DNA of 64,000 nt from Octopus sinensis. Lineage: Eukaryota. The position numbers and the translations under genes were made by a program. The first letter of the stretch is position 1. Each line of letters opens with the position of its first letter. The stretch is from assembly GCF_006345805.1 (NCBI RefSeq), contig NC_043008.1, positions 56,482,001 through 56,546,000 on the forward strand, read 5' to 3'. The notes beneath the pieces are model-generated. The model was not told where the DNA came from. It ran no database searches and worked only from the letters and a program-made list of their open reading frames with translations. Positions 1 through 12,805 of the stretch are shown here, piece after piece.

Positions 1-580
1 TGTGTGTTTCTATACATGTGTCAAGAAGAAAACTGCATTGAATTTGGAAGGAAAAAAAAAACAGATTTAAGAAAATAGCGAACGTTGCATTATAAAAAGG
101 AGAGAGATAAAAGATGGAGTTAACTAAAGAAATTAGTGTTGTTTTTTGTAGACTGGTGGAATGTCATGATGGAGGTTTAAAAATTAATTCTAACAGATTA
201 AAAAGGAAGATATTTATAATTGGAAAGAATAAATTTATTAGGTTTCACAAAATTATCACAAATGTAATGAAATTAATTACGTTCTATAACGTTTCTTTCA
301 TACAGGTGATATAAATGTAAATTAGGTTTCGTAAAAATGTAATATATTCATTAATACTTTAACAGTGAAACTGTAATGATTAATTACGGATATAATTGAT
401 AATTTAATGAAAAGTATTGGTATAATAATCTATTATAAAGTTAGTTAAACAAAACAAAATTGTTAATTATGCAAACTACAATCTGCGTATAATGCTAGTA
501 TATAATAGGAATTAAAATTGTTAATTACATTTCATCACTCTTTATAGGTGTGCCTGTGTAGTAAGAAACTTGCTGGCCAT

Positions 581-641
581 GATAAAACTCCGAGTTTCGG
601 ATGTCGGGGCGGAAACCCACGCCGCCATCTCTTCAGTTATC
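581..641 (-). ncRNA. Type I hammerhead ribozyme-like motif (near-intact, family 1)
   Basis: Minus strand: gataa CTGAAGA gatg...catcc GAAAC tcgga GTT ttatc. Stem I gataa/ttatc. Stem II gatg/catc with one extra C and an inner ggcgg/ccgcc helix. Stem III act/agt. GUU triplet. Next to the (TA)n at ~664. Confidence 0.6.
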
Positions 642-663
642 GGGCCATCGATAGCATTTTTCG

Positions 664-695
<32 letters not shown>

Positions 696-697
696 TA

Positions 698-733
<36 letters not shown>

Positions 734-760
734 TGTATGTATGTATGTATGTATGTATAT
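664..760. repeat. Compound (TA)n/(TATG)n microsatellite, representative of dozens in the window
   Basis: Directly visible. Similar tracts at e.g. 7746-7860, 8100-8345, 27700-27900, 48550-49075, 58355-58535. Confidence 0.98.
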
Positions 761-2179
761 GTACACGCACACATAAATATATATAAGCATATATTGGCAC
801 AGAATGTCACCAACAGTGCAAACAACATGAAATACGCAAACAACGAGGCGAAAAAAGGGAAAACAGGACCTTTCATCATTTGTTGGCTGCCTAACTTACT
901 TCTCAGTTTGTGTGTGTGCGTGCATGCATGTATGTGTGTGTCTGTGTGCGCGCGCCTTTGTATCAATAAAGTTGATGGGTCTACTAAGGCAACCTTATTC
1001 CCATTGGTTAGGTAACACGCTCACTTCTATAGAAATGCGTGTATGGGTATGTGTGTGGGTATGTATGTGTGTTTGTGTATGTGTGCCTGCGAGTGGCTGG
1101 CTGGTGAAACATTTCATGCTCGGGTAGTTAGAAAGTATTTTAATATTTTTGAAGATTCTATGCTAGTAAGATGAAGCTAATTCTGGGTGGCAGTTAGTAG
1201 TGGCGAGTTCGAAAATAGGATTTTGTGATACTAAGAACTGAAAAAGGGACAAAATTTTAATTAGCGTTGAAATGTTTTGCAACATATGTTATTTTTAATT
1301 TTATGTAAATATATTTGGACTTGAAATCCGAATATAATTCGAAAGATATGGATCAGTTTTTCCATTCTAGCTTTAACGGATATACAGACCTTGACGGAAA
1401 CTGCTGTTAAATCCACCGCAAAATTTCGATGTTAACTTCATGCTAAATGTGGTGAAAGAGATAACTACTTTGGTTATGCAAACACCTAATAGAGAAATGA
1501 TGCCGATGGTGATATATCTAGATTTGGATGAAGAGGCTTTTAATTTAGATTGGCTGGAGTCGACTAAGTTCTGTGTGTGTGTGTGAAAGTATATGTAATG
1601 CAATGTGAGATTCTTAGAGTATTCTATTGGAAACCTTACGGTATCGTGGCTAGAGTGGGTAATTAAGAGATTTCAAGAATAATTCAGCTTCATTATTGAT
1701 ACCAGTTAATTAAATGGTGGATTATATCACACAGTGTATATATTTGGACAGTTAGTTTGTGCTAAATTAGCAGTGTTGTTTAACTTTCTATGTGGATCAA
1801 AAGACAAAGGAGATGTATAAAAATGATAGAGAAGTATTATAGAAAGAAAAGAGATAGTAAAAACGAATCAACTACTCAAAAACGTTAAGAGTAGGTAAAA
1901 TTTGTTATGATAGCCTTTATTTAGGAGGAGTTTAAAAGCAAGTAAGAAAATGATTATGTAAATGCTAATGATTATGTAAACGTTAATGATTATGTAAATA
2001 ACTGACTGCAAGAAAAGGATGAAGGGTATATAGTAGAGTACACTTAAATAAAGCAAAACATGATCATAAAAACAGAAAAGGAATTTAAAAATGGAATGAA
2101 AAAAGAAATTACAAGAAAGAGAGAGACTTATATTTTGAAACTACATTAGCACAGGGAAAGCAGGGGTTCAGTGCTAATA

Positions 2180-2180
2180 G

Positions 2181-2253
<73 letters not shown>
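2180..2253. repeat. (AAT)n microsatellite
   Basis: Directly visible; the source of the poly-Leu ORF 2146-2328. Confidence 0.98.
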
Positions 2254-2256
<3 letters not shown>

Positions 2257-2264
2257 AGGTACAA

Positions 2265-2453
2265 CAGAAACAGGAAGTAAGAGTGAGAGAAAGTTGTGGT
2301 GAAAGAGTACAGCAGGGATCACCACCATCCCCTGCCGGAGCCTCGTGGAGCTTTTAGGTGTTTTCGCTCAATAAACACTCACGGTCTGGGAATCGAAACC
2401 GCGATCCTATGACCGCGAGTCCGCTGCCCTAACCACTGGGCCATTGCGCCTCC
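2265..2453 (-). mobile_element. tRNA-derived SINE, family C
   Basis: Minus-strand head ggaggcgcaatggcccagtggttagggcagcggactcgcggtcataggatcgcggtttcgattcccagacc has A- and B-box-like motifs. Homologous to 27420-27697. Confidence 0.85.
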
Positions 2454-3458
2454 CGATTAATAGTATTATTAGTACGTTCAGGTTAAAGCTAATAGGTTAA
2501 ATTATAGTATTGTGTAGAAAGGACTTGTGGTACATCTGCGGATATTTTATCATTTAATCTCGTTGATTAATGAAATTCGATTTACATCGAATCATTTAAT
2601 AGATTTCGTATATCCACAAATTATATTTATCATGGCTAGTTCAAACCATTGTACGTTACGTATAATAGACCAAACAATTTCATATTCAATGTCTTTATCA
2701 GTAAGCATACATAGAAATCTAGCCTGAGGTGTAAAAGTAGCCTTATGTATATCTCTAAATCCGCGAATATGATTAGAGCATCGACACTTAAAATGACTTG
2801 AGATAACACCAATATTTGCACTTTCCCAAGTGTGCGTACAAAACAAACATACACAACATTCTTATCAATGCAATGTTCATCAAGTGGTCAAAGGGATTAA
2901 TTTCCATACTTACAGAGCCAAGTTTTATTCGACCGGATGTGTTAGGGTTGCTGTTTACTGTCGTGTTAAAAGGTGTGTTGATTTACTGATTATATGATCT
3001 CGCTGGATTTATGCTATTATTTAGATAGTTAATTGTTGGAATTATATAGTCATGCGATATGCAGTTTAATTCTTTTTATCATTAAATCTAGCACATACAC
3101 ACACACGTGCACACATACACTCACGCACATTCACACACACCACACACAACACACACACATACACACACACACACACACACAAACACACACGCACAAACAC
3201 AAACACACACAAATATAACAGTTATAAGTTGAGATTTTATCACCATGTCTATTTGAAATTTCATGTCGTCACTTTTAGCTTCAGCTAACTAAAATCCTAT
3301 AAAATGTGCAGAGGGCATATAGAAAATACAAATATGGGTCAAAACGGGGCTTATAAATAGCCTCATTTTCATCTATACTTAAAAGTATATAAAGGTCTTA
3401 AGGATATCAAGCTTTAAATTTTCGACTGTTGGAGACACAAATTATTATAAAATTATAA

Positions 3459-3615
3459 AGGAGTTGCATGGTAAGTAGTTTGTTTCTCAAACACGTTTCT
3501 AGGTTCAGTCCCATTGAGTGGAATCTTGGACTAGTGTCTTCTACTATAGCCTCAGACCGATCAAACCCTGTTAAAGGGATTTGGTAAATGGAAAGTGAGA
3601 GAAGCCCATCGTGTA
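3459..3615 (+). mobile_element. SINE family B, degenerate 5' half
   Basis: Matches the head/core of 10216-10684. Confidence 0.75.
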
Positions 3616-4086
3616 TATATATATATAATACAGTGTACATTTAAACACATAAGGAATTTGACATGCTAGAATGTACAGGTAGGTTCTATAACCACAAAAT
3701 TAGGGATAAAATTCGACAGGAACGAAATGAAAAAATAAAAACATTTTACCAGTTTCCTGGACCAGTTGGTTTCTGATTTTAGTTTAGCAACTAAATAATA
3801 TTCGCTAGGTGAAATCTTCTTCAACAGGTACACCTTAGATTAAATATATAAAACACGAGGCAACCAACTATGTGCCTCTTGTTTATACATCTTAATTTTT
3901 TCAAAATCCACTACGCAGACGCAGCTCCTCGTCGGCAATAAAAAAATGCCATACTTAATCATTACACGCTAGGCCACTGGAAGTGAAAAATTCTATTAAT
4001 TTCCATTTCCCTTCGATATGATTAAGTATTGTAAGTTTTTGGATAATTTTCGGATTTTAAAAGTTGGCATTTTTTTTATTGCCGAC

Positions 4087-4495
4087 GAGTGGCTGTGTGG
4101 TAAGTAGCTTGCTTACCAACCATATGGTTCTGGGTTCAGTCCCACTGCATGACATCTTGGGCAACTGCCTTCTACTATAGCCTCGGGCCGACCAAAGCTT
4201 GTGAGTGGATTTGGTAGACGGAAACTGAAAGAAACCCGTCGTATATATGTATATGTATGCATGTGTGTGTGTGTGTGTGTTTGTGTGTGTAATTGTCCCC
4301 CAAAATCGCTTGACAACCGATGCTGGTGTGTTTATATCCCCGTACCTTAGCGGTTTGGCAAAAGAGACCTATAGAATAAGTAACTAGGCTTACAAAGAAT
4401 AAGTCCTGGGGTCGATTTGCTCGACTAAAGGTGGTGCTTCAGCATGGCCACAGTCAAATGACTGAAACAAGTAAAAGAGTAAAAGAGTAAAAAAG
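4087..4495 (+). mobile_element. tRNA-derived SINE family B (CORE-like), full length
   Basis: A box tggctgtgtgg, B box ggttcagtccc, core cttgggcaa, internal TA/TG microsatellite, (gtaaaaga)n tail. Confidence 0.9.
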
Positions 4496-4947
4496 ACAGT
4501 GTTATGTTGACAGCTTGCAAATAATGACAGCATGTACATGTTTTGAGGAAATATGAAAAAATACAAGATATTAAAGTACAATATAAAATACGTAAGATAT
4601 AAATGTTTAATATGTAATAGCATAAAGTATATATGATGTTAATATTAATATGTAATAAGACAATGCAAATATATCTGGGAAAACACGTATAATGAGTGTG
4701 TTTTTGTATGAAGATACTATTTATATATACATACAGATACACACATATGTATGTATACAGCTATAAGAAAATATTGATGAATATAAAATAAAATACACGG
4801 GTATGGATGATACGTCCACACACATACACAAACAGACACACACAGAGGCGTACACATACACGCACAGACACGGATATGTATATGTATGTACACTCGTATC
4901 CGAAAATACTGATGAATATAAAATAAAATACACGGAATTGGATGATA

Positions 4948-4978
<31 letters not shown>

Positions 4979-4988
4979 CACACACACA

Positions 4989-5074
<86 letters not shown>

Positions 5075-5078
5075 ATAT

Positions 5079-5407
5079 AATCAGAGGATAAAATCATTAG
5101 AATTAATGAGTTTTATCAGTGGCCTTTTAGGTAAAATTCATATATAGAGATATATAACTGTATAGATTAGTTTATTCTTTTTCTGGTATTTGTTTCACTC
5201 ATTTGACTGCGGCCATGCTAGAGCAGTGCCTTTAGTGGCACAAACCGACCCAAGGACTTATTCTTTGTAAGCCTTGCACTTATTCAATCGGTCTCTTTGC
5301 CCGAAACACTAAGTTACGGGTACGTAAATTCACTGATATCGATTGTCAAACGATGGTGGGGAGACAGACACAGACCCACAAGCATATACATACACACACA
5401 CACACAT
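5079..5407 (+). repeat. ~330 bp direct duplication (second copy 6013-6341)
   Basis: Period 934 bp; appears identical by eye; includes the tail half of a family B SINE. Confidence 0.9.
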
Positions 5408-5479
5408 ATATATATATATATTATATATATATATATTATATATATATATAATATATATATATATATACATATATAAATC

Positions 5480-5675
5480 TGTGAGTTTCGTTGGCGATTT
5501 TCTTTCTCCGTCTTCCCTTCTTTGCACCTTTTCTTTTTCTATGTTTCTGACAAAGAGCTCTGCTCGAAACGTTAAATCCTCCTTCTTTCTTTCCTTTCCT
5601 GAGCGTCCAATGGCACTATACTTGTTCCACATCCTCGCGTCGTTGTGTCTTCTCTTTGTTCATGTTAGGATTAAC
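5480..5675 (+). mobile_element. Penelope-like 3' tail (family 2) with mutated HHR at 5543-5577
   Basis: gttt CTGACAA a gagc tct gctc GAAAC GTT aaat. Homologous to 32370-32545; both end in ggattaac followed by (TA)n. Confidence 0.7.
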
Positions 5676-5698
<23 letters not shown>

Positions 5699-5706
<8 letters not shown>

Positions 5707-5866
5707 TATATAGAGGGTACTATTATTCATAGGTACCGCACGCTAGGAGGGACCTTTGCAGTCAAAACTACTAAAATAACAATGTTTATTTTAGTAGTTT
5801 TTACTGCAAAGGTCCCTCCTAGCGTGCGGTACCTATGAATAATAGTACCCTCTATATAATATAAAT
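5699..5866. repeat. Fold-back palindrome, ~81 bp arms, 6 nt loop
   Basis: The arms are reverse complements with one mismatch; loop caatgt at 5780-5785. Confidence 0.95.
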
Positions 5867-5963
5867 AAATATTTTCAAAGTGGAAAAATTTACAGATTTT
5901 TTCTCTTACGAGGTTTTTCACGCTAACTACTGATAATTTCTTATAAAAATTTTATCCTTAATT

Positions 5964-6015
<52 letters not shown>

Positions 6016-6104
6016 CAGAGGATAAAATCATTAGAATTAATGAGTTTTATCAGTGGCCTTTTAGGTAAAATTCATATATAGAGATATATAACTGTATAGA
6101 TTAG

Positions 6105-6516
6105 TTTATTCTTTTTCTGGTATTTGTTTCACTCATTTGACTGCGGCCATGCTAGAGCAGTGCCTTTAGTGGCACAAACCGACCCAAGGACTTATTCTTT
6201 GTAAGCCTTGCACTTATTCAATCGGTCTCTTTGCCCGAAACACTAAGTTACGGGTACGTAAATTCACTGATATCGATTGTCAAACGATGGTGGGGAGACA
6301 GACACAGACCCACAAGCATATACATACACACACACACACATATATATATATACAACTGGTTTCTTTGAGTTTCCGTCTACCAAATCCACTCCCAAGGGTT
6401 TGGTCGGCCCTAGGCTATAGTAGAAAACATTTGCTCAAGGTGTCACGCAGTGAGACTGAACCCGGAATCATGTGGTTTGGAAGTAAGCTTCTTACCACAC
6501 AGCCACTCCTGCGCCT
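6105..6516 (-). mobile_element. SINE family B, full length
   Basis: Reverse complement of the 10216 copy; head ends ...agccactcctgcgcc. Confidence 0.9.
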
Positions 6517-6735
6517 ATAATAACTTTTCTCTCATCACCAGAACATTTTGGGCGAAATAAATGAAAATGTAAAAGAGTAAAACAGTATACCCACAGAAAA
6601 GCACACGCAAAAGACTTCAGTCCAATAGTTCATGTGCACAAATGTGATTTTGAGTCATGCAAGCAGCCTTCGACTTTTTCTATCCAGAGGATATTTAAAC
6701 CAACATTTACACGTTATTATCTATAGCTTGAAAAC

Positions 6736-7040
6736 GGCGGCGAGCTGGTAGAATCGTTACCAGCGAGCTGGTAGAATCGTTACCAGCGAGCTGGTAGAAT
6801 CGTTACGGCGAGCTGGTAGAATCGTTATCAGTGAGCTGGTAGAATCGTTAGCACAGCGGGCAAAATGCTTAGCGGCATTTCGTCTGTCCTTAATGTTTTG
6901 AGATAAAATTTCGCTGAGGTCGACTTTACCAGTCTTCCTTTCCATATAGATGAAATAAGTACGAGTTACGCACTGGGGTCGATGTAATCGATTAGCCTTC
7001 TTCCTACCAAATTTCAACCCTTGAGCCTATAGTATAAAGG
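6736..7040 (+). mobile_element. SINE family A with 5x tandem head motif
   Basis: (c/t)gagctggtagaatcgtta occurs five times at 6741-6850, followed by the family A body. A second degenerate copy lies at 7060-7260. Confidence 0.8.
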
Positions 7041-8181
7041 ATTATCTGTTACTTAAAAAGCGGCGAGTTGGTAGAATTGTTAGCGAGTTAGACAAAATAC
7101 TCAGCGACATTTCTTCCACTTCATTATATTCAGGGCTAAAATAAAGCCCTGGTCAACTTTGCTTTTGATCAATTCGCACTCGATAAAATTAGAATCTGTT
7201 GAACATTGGAGGCGATTTAATCGACTTAACCCCACCATAAAATCATTGGCCTTGTGCCAAAATTTAAAATCATTATTGACAGCTTTCTTCGAGTGAAGAT
7301 GCACCAATCTTAAGAGAAACTTCTCGAAATTTCTAAAATTCTTATGACATCTTAATCCACAGTACAGCGTCTGTAGGGATGCGAGAATCTTCAAAACAAC
7401 ACTAGTACCAATTATGTTTCCAGATCATCGCCTTTCAACCTTTTAACATTTTCGTATTAGAACTATAAATATAATATATAGCTAATAGCAATAAATCTGT
7501 ATTATAAAGCCATTATCGTATATAAATACGAGATAATTACTGCCAATGGTGAGGGAAATCACGTTACTGTTTATCTATTTGTGTAGAGATCTATCTTTAG
7601 ATTGTTCAATGCCTTAAGTTATATTCAGATTTTGTTGACACTTCATGTGTTTATTTATTCTTCAAAACTAATCTATAAATCGTATCTCAGCAATGCAAAT
7701 ATTCTAGCATATCATATATGAATATTGAAATCAAAGAAATATATATGTATGCATGCATGTATGTATGTATGTATGTATGTATGTATGTATGTATGTATGT
7801 ATGTATGTATGTATGTATGTATGTATGTGTGTATGTATGTATGTATGTTTTATGTATGTATATATGTACGCATGTATGTATACATGTGCGTATGTGTAAG
7901 TATACATATGCTTATACAAACACATAGATACACACACACACACATATATACACACACAAATACATGTAAAACATGTACATATATATCTATGTCTATATCT
8001 GTCTATCTGTGTATCTATCTATATCTATATATCTGTAAACACGCACGCATATATATGACCATAAATGTACATATGCATATATTTGTCTTCACATATACGT
8101 ATACACACACATATATATGTATATATATATATATATAAATATATATATCTATATATCTATATATCTATATATTTATACCTA

Positions 8182-8216
<35 letters not shown>

Positions 8217-8253
8217 TTATCTATATATATATATATATATACATACATACATC

Positions 8254-8293
<40 letters not shown>

Positions 8294-8587
8294 CATACAT
8301 ACATACACACACACACATATATATATATAGATATATACATATATATTTATACCGAGAAATATTAACTAAATAACACATTGCGTATTTCCATATTTCAATG
8401 TTTACACATAATAAGGTAATTAAATACGTGAGATGTGAATCTGAATTATATATAATGTTTATAAAGTGCATGCCTGTAACCTTGCGCTAACACTCTATGT
8501 ATCATCTATTGTGCTTCAAATTGGGCGCCTTCGGTTGAAGTGACTTATGCAAAAGGATGACATAACGTTAGCATTACGTAAACAGAA

Positions 8588-9088
8588 GGTGGTGAGCTGG
8601 CAGGATGGTTACTGCGCCAGACAAAATGCTTAGCGGTATTTCGTATGAAAGGCGGCGAGCTGGCAGAAACGTTAGCACGCTGGGCGAAATGCTTTGCGGT
8701 ATTTCGTCTGCTGTTACGTTCTGAGTTCAAATTCCGCCGAGGTCGACTTTGCCTTTCATCCTTTCGGGGTCGATTAAATAAGTACCAGTTATGCACTGGT
8801 GTCGATGTAATCGACTTAACCCGTTTGTCTGTCCTTGTTTGTCCTCTCCGTGTTTAGCCCCTTGTGGGTAGTAAAGAAATAGGTATTTCGTATGCCGTTA
8901 CCTTCTGAGTTCAAAATCCGCCGAGGTCGACTTAGCCTTTTACCAGTTACGCACTGGTGTCGATATAATCGACTTAATCCGTTTGTCTGTCTTTGTTTGT
9001 CCTCTCTTTGTTTAGCCCCTTGTGGGTAGTAAAGAAATAGGTATTTCGTCTGCTGTTATGTTCTGAGTTCAAATTCCGCCGAGGTCGA
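8588..9088 (+). mobile_element. Head-to-tail array of SINE family A
   Basis: Degenerate head at 8588, full copy 8652-8882, then units restarting at gtatttcgt at 8883 and 9041. Confidence 0.9.
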
Positions 9089-9235
9089 CGGAACGTGCAT
9101 TTGTAAATCGTTTTTCTTGGAATTGAAAAAAATTCTTCATTTGCTGGTGCCTCAAATTTAGATTAAATCAGTGTTTCTCAACGGGGAGGCCTATGGGACG
9201 GTCGGACATGTTGTTTTGAGAAAATTTGGTTTAAA
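9088..9235 (+). mobile_element. Fragment homologous to the Helitron-like repeat at 18530-18891
   Basis: ggaacgtgcatttgta...gaggcctatgggacggtcggaca is the reverse complement of parts of 18535-18725. Confidence 0.6.
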
Positions 9236-10215
9236 TGTTTGACAACTCAGCACCGGTTCGGCAAAAGAGGCCGATAGAATAAGTACTAGGCTTACAAAGA
9301 ATAAGTCCTGGGGTCTATTTGCTCGACTAATGGCGGTGCTCCAGCATGGCCACAGTCACCTGACTGAAACAAGTAAAAGAGATTTGTGCATGCCCGTGCT
9401 TATGTGTGTGCGCGCGTGTGTGTATGTAAGTGTGTATGTGTGCGTGTATGTGTGTGTTTATATATTATAAAAAAGATGCTTCTTTCCATTGGTAAAAATA
9501 TGAATGCCTCCTTAGGAGCGAGGTTTTAAACACTTGATGTTTTATCCTACAACAATGAACAGTGCAATAAAGGCGAAACGCTTATCGAATGCTACACTGT
9601 ACTTTACATGAACGGCATAGTATTCTCAGTAAGAAGATTTGTGAGAAAGAAATCTTTACGTTTTTCGTTGAAGAAAGAAACTGTAATGAACTGGTCGTAC
9701 CTGACTGCAATAGTTTGGCTTCGTGGTTGTAAAATTATCTCTGTTTTCGCTTGAACTTTCGAATGGAGGTCGAAATGTTTTTGAAAGAGTAAAATCGTGT
9801 TCACCTGACTAGATGGAAATTGTAAATCGTTGAGGAAATTGACATTCGCGTTTGGTTTAATGGGGCAACTAAATGATTTCAATATTAGATTACATGATTA
9901 TATCTAGCTAATTACATGCGACATTGAAAGCTCTTCAGCATAAATTAACGACTGTTCACTTCTAGATAATGATAAATAACTTCACCGTCTTGTCTTGCAC
10001 TGCTATGGAAAACACAGCCTAAAATAAATTCTTTTTATTGTCTTTTAGAATTCGCGAAAATACATTCTCACTAATCTGAAGCTACAGATTCCAACGGGTT
10101 TTTTTTTTCCGACCAGGAAGGAAAGCATTATAATTCTTTCAAAATCCAATGTAACAGCATCATCGAGGGTCTTTCGCTAGAGCTAGAAATAGAAGTTATA
10201 GACCGGGTCTCTAAT

Positions 10216-10383
10216 GAGCAGGAGTGGCTGTGTGGTAAGTAGCTTGCTTACCAGCCACATGGTTCCGGGTTCAGTCCCACTGCGTGGCACCTTGGGCAAG
10301 TGTCTTCTACTATAGCTCGGGCCGACCAAGCCATGTGAGTGGATTTGGTAGACGGAAACTGAAAGAAGCCCGTCGTATATATG

Positions 10384-10427
<44 letters not shown>

Positions 10428-10684
10428 ATATTATATATATATATATGTGGGTGCGTGTTTGTGTGTCTGTGTTTGTCCCCTTAGCATTGCTTGACAACCG
10501 ATACTGGTGTGTTTATGTCCCCGTCACTTAGCGGTTCGGCAAAAGAGACCGATAGAATAAGTACTGGGCTTACAAAGAATAAGTCCCGGGTTCGAGTTGC
10601 TCGATTAAAGGTGGTGCTCCAGCATGGCCGCAGTCAAACGACTGAAACAAGTAAAAGAGTAAAAGAGTAAAGAGTAAAGAGTAA
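10216..10684 (+). mobile_element. SINE family B, full-length reference copy
   Basis: Head gcaggagtggctgtgtggtaag, B box, core, internal microsatellite and (agtaaaag)n tail. Confidence 0.92.
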
Positions 10685-11589
10685 TGACTTTAAAGACAAT
10701 TACACATGAAAAATTTGACAGACGTATTCTCCTCCCAGATTCACATACCTGTTGCTGCGGTTCATCAGTTTTCCTAAGATTTGTATAAGGCCTCGGAAGG
10801 TTGGTCCTTCAACCAGGCCTTTCGCGAAACCATTAAAACCAGGAAATTTTAGCACCCCTCGCACAAAAGCATTCTGTAAACAGCAGAGCTGTGAGGGTGT
10901 GTAATAATTGTTTTTAATTTAGGAACTTTACTTCATTGACTGCGAAAGGATAAAAGGCGAAGCTGATCTCGGTAGGATTTGAACGCAAAGCGTAAAGAGT
11001 CAGAACAAATACAGCAAGGCATTCTATTCGATGCTGTAAAGATTCTGTCAACGTATAAGACCTAGTGGTTTTAAGTTAAACACAAAGCTAACAGTTTTGA
11101 AGACAGACGGTTACACGATATCATCGAGCTTGAGTAATTGACTGGCATTTTATTTTATCAACCCGGGAGGAAGTTAATATTGACTTTGATGGGATTTGAA
11201 ATCCAGAATGTAAAGCGAGCAAAGCGAGAGGGAATGATTTAATGGTTTAATGTATTCAGAAAAATAGTTCTTATATTTTGATATATTTGAATGCCTTCAA
11301 CACTGAAAAATTAGGACTTCTACACTGTAGCTTAGAGTGAGAAAAGTGAGAATATTTTCGCCTTTCGTAGATCTGTAAGAGGCTGTAAATAAGGACTTCG
11401 CTTGATACCGTTGCAAGTGAACGGTTGATAATTTTATTACAATATTTTTATGAACTTTGGATGGTGATTGGCATTTTGAAATGAGAAAAATGTTCATATT
11501 GAGTTGCTAATTTGAAATGATGAATGGTCTATGAAAATTGATAAGTTCAGCTGATTTAATGATTCATCTTAACGTGGTCAGTATTAGCT

Positions 11590-11800
11590 TACAAGTTGAT
11601 TCTCATCTTATTAAGCGACATAGTTCACCTCTCCACTTCCTGTCACCCTTATTGTGTTCAGAATTCAGACACAAACCAATACATCCAGTTCTTCCATCAC
11701 AGAACATCGACACCTATGAACCCTTTCCCCACCTCCTTGATCATGACTTTCCTGCAACTGGCGACTTGCAAAAGTTTAAACAGAACAATATTATTCATCC
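11590..11800 (+). mobile_element. Degraded LINE 3' end (CR1/L2/Jockey-like RT C-terminus)
   Basis: Frameshifted peptides QFFHHRTST and FPATGDLQKFKQN resemble the FFPRT.LWN.LP..VFP..DL..FK motif. Confidence 0.5.
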
Positions 11801-11944
11801 TACGTAATTACATACAAAAGTATATTGAAGATTATCTTTACATTTAAAGCCTTAAATATATTGAACCGTTTTACCAACGGCGAAAAAATCTTTTCTTCTG
11901 TTGGCACGAGGTCTGACATTTTGTTGGGCGACGACGACAGTCGG

Positions 11945-12105
11945 TGACATCAACCACAGCGCTCAACTGTTACTTATTTTATCGACCCCGGAAGGATGAA
12001 CGGAAAAGTCGACCTCGGCGGAACTTGAACTCAGAATGTAAAGCCCAAAGAAACAACCACGAAGCATTTCGTCAGGCGTGCTAACGATTCTGCCAGCTCG
12101 CCGTC
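11945..12105 (-). mobile_element. SINE family A
   Basis: Reverse complement of the family A head and core. Confidence 0.8.
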
Positions 12106-12688
12106 TGATGAACTTTTTCAGACTTTGGTACCACGCCAGCAAATATTTAATGCATCTGGAGGGCGATTCTGGGGCTCTCCACGATCCTGCAAGCTTGACA
12201 CATTATCCCATCAGCGAAAAAATACAACAGAAAAGCATATCTGATAGAAATTGAGAATAAAATAATTGTCTGTGGCTGTAAAATACACCAAGATATAAAC
12301 TCATCTCTTTGTTTAAAAGTACATGAATACATGAGGGCATTGAACCTATATCAAAAACTCATAAAAGTATATCCTACATATAGGCAGTTGTCATGATTGT
12401 GTAGAAAATAATCTTATTATAAATTCATTTACTTTAACACAATTTGCTTTGGGCCAAACGGAACTAAAAAGTAAAGAATATAATTCCTTTCGAATTTACA
12501 GAAACATATTCTCACACTTTGGCAGCTGCGGTTGCAATAGCATTAAAAATTAAATTAGGAAATAGTGGACGTTGTGTTTCTCTGTTTCAGTTTTTCTTTC
12601 TTTCTTTCTGTCTTCTCTCTTTATATATATATAAATATAAATATATATATATATGTGTATATATGTATATATGTATATATATATATAT

Positions 12689-12749
<61 letters not shown>

Positions 12750-12805
12750 TGTGCGTGTGTGTGTATGTATATATATATATATATAGCTTATGTTCTTTTA
12801 AAAAC

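Noticed and set aside
1-2100. Purine-rich stretches (1-540, 1200-2100) that may be decayed LINE coding sequence
   Set aside because: Many stops and no motif I can name confidently.
4755-4950. ~120 bp repeat containing CTGATGA and acagctata
   Set aside because: The elements are not in hammerhead order; at most a scrambled tail remnant.
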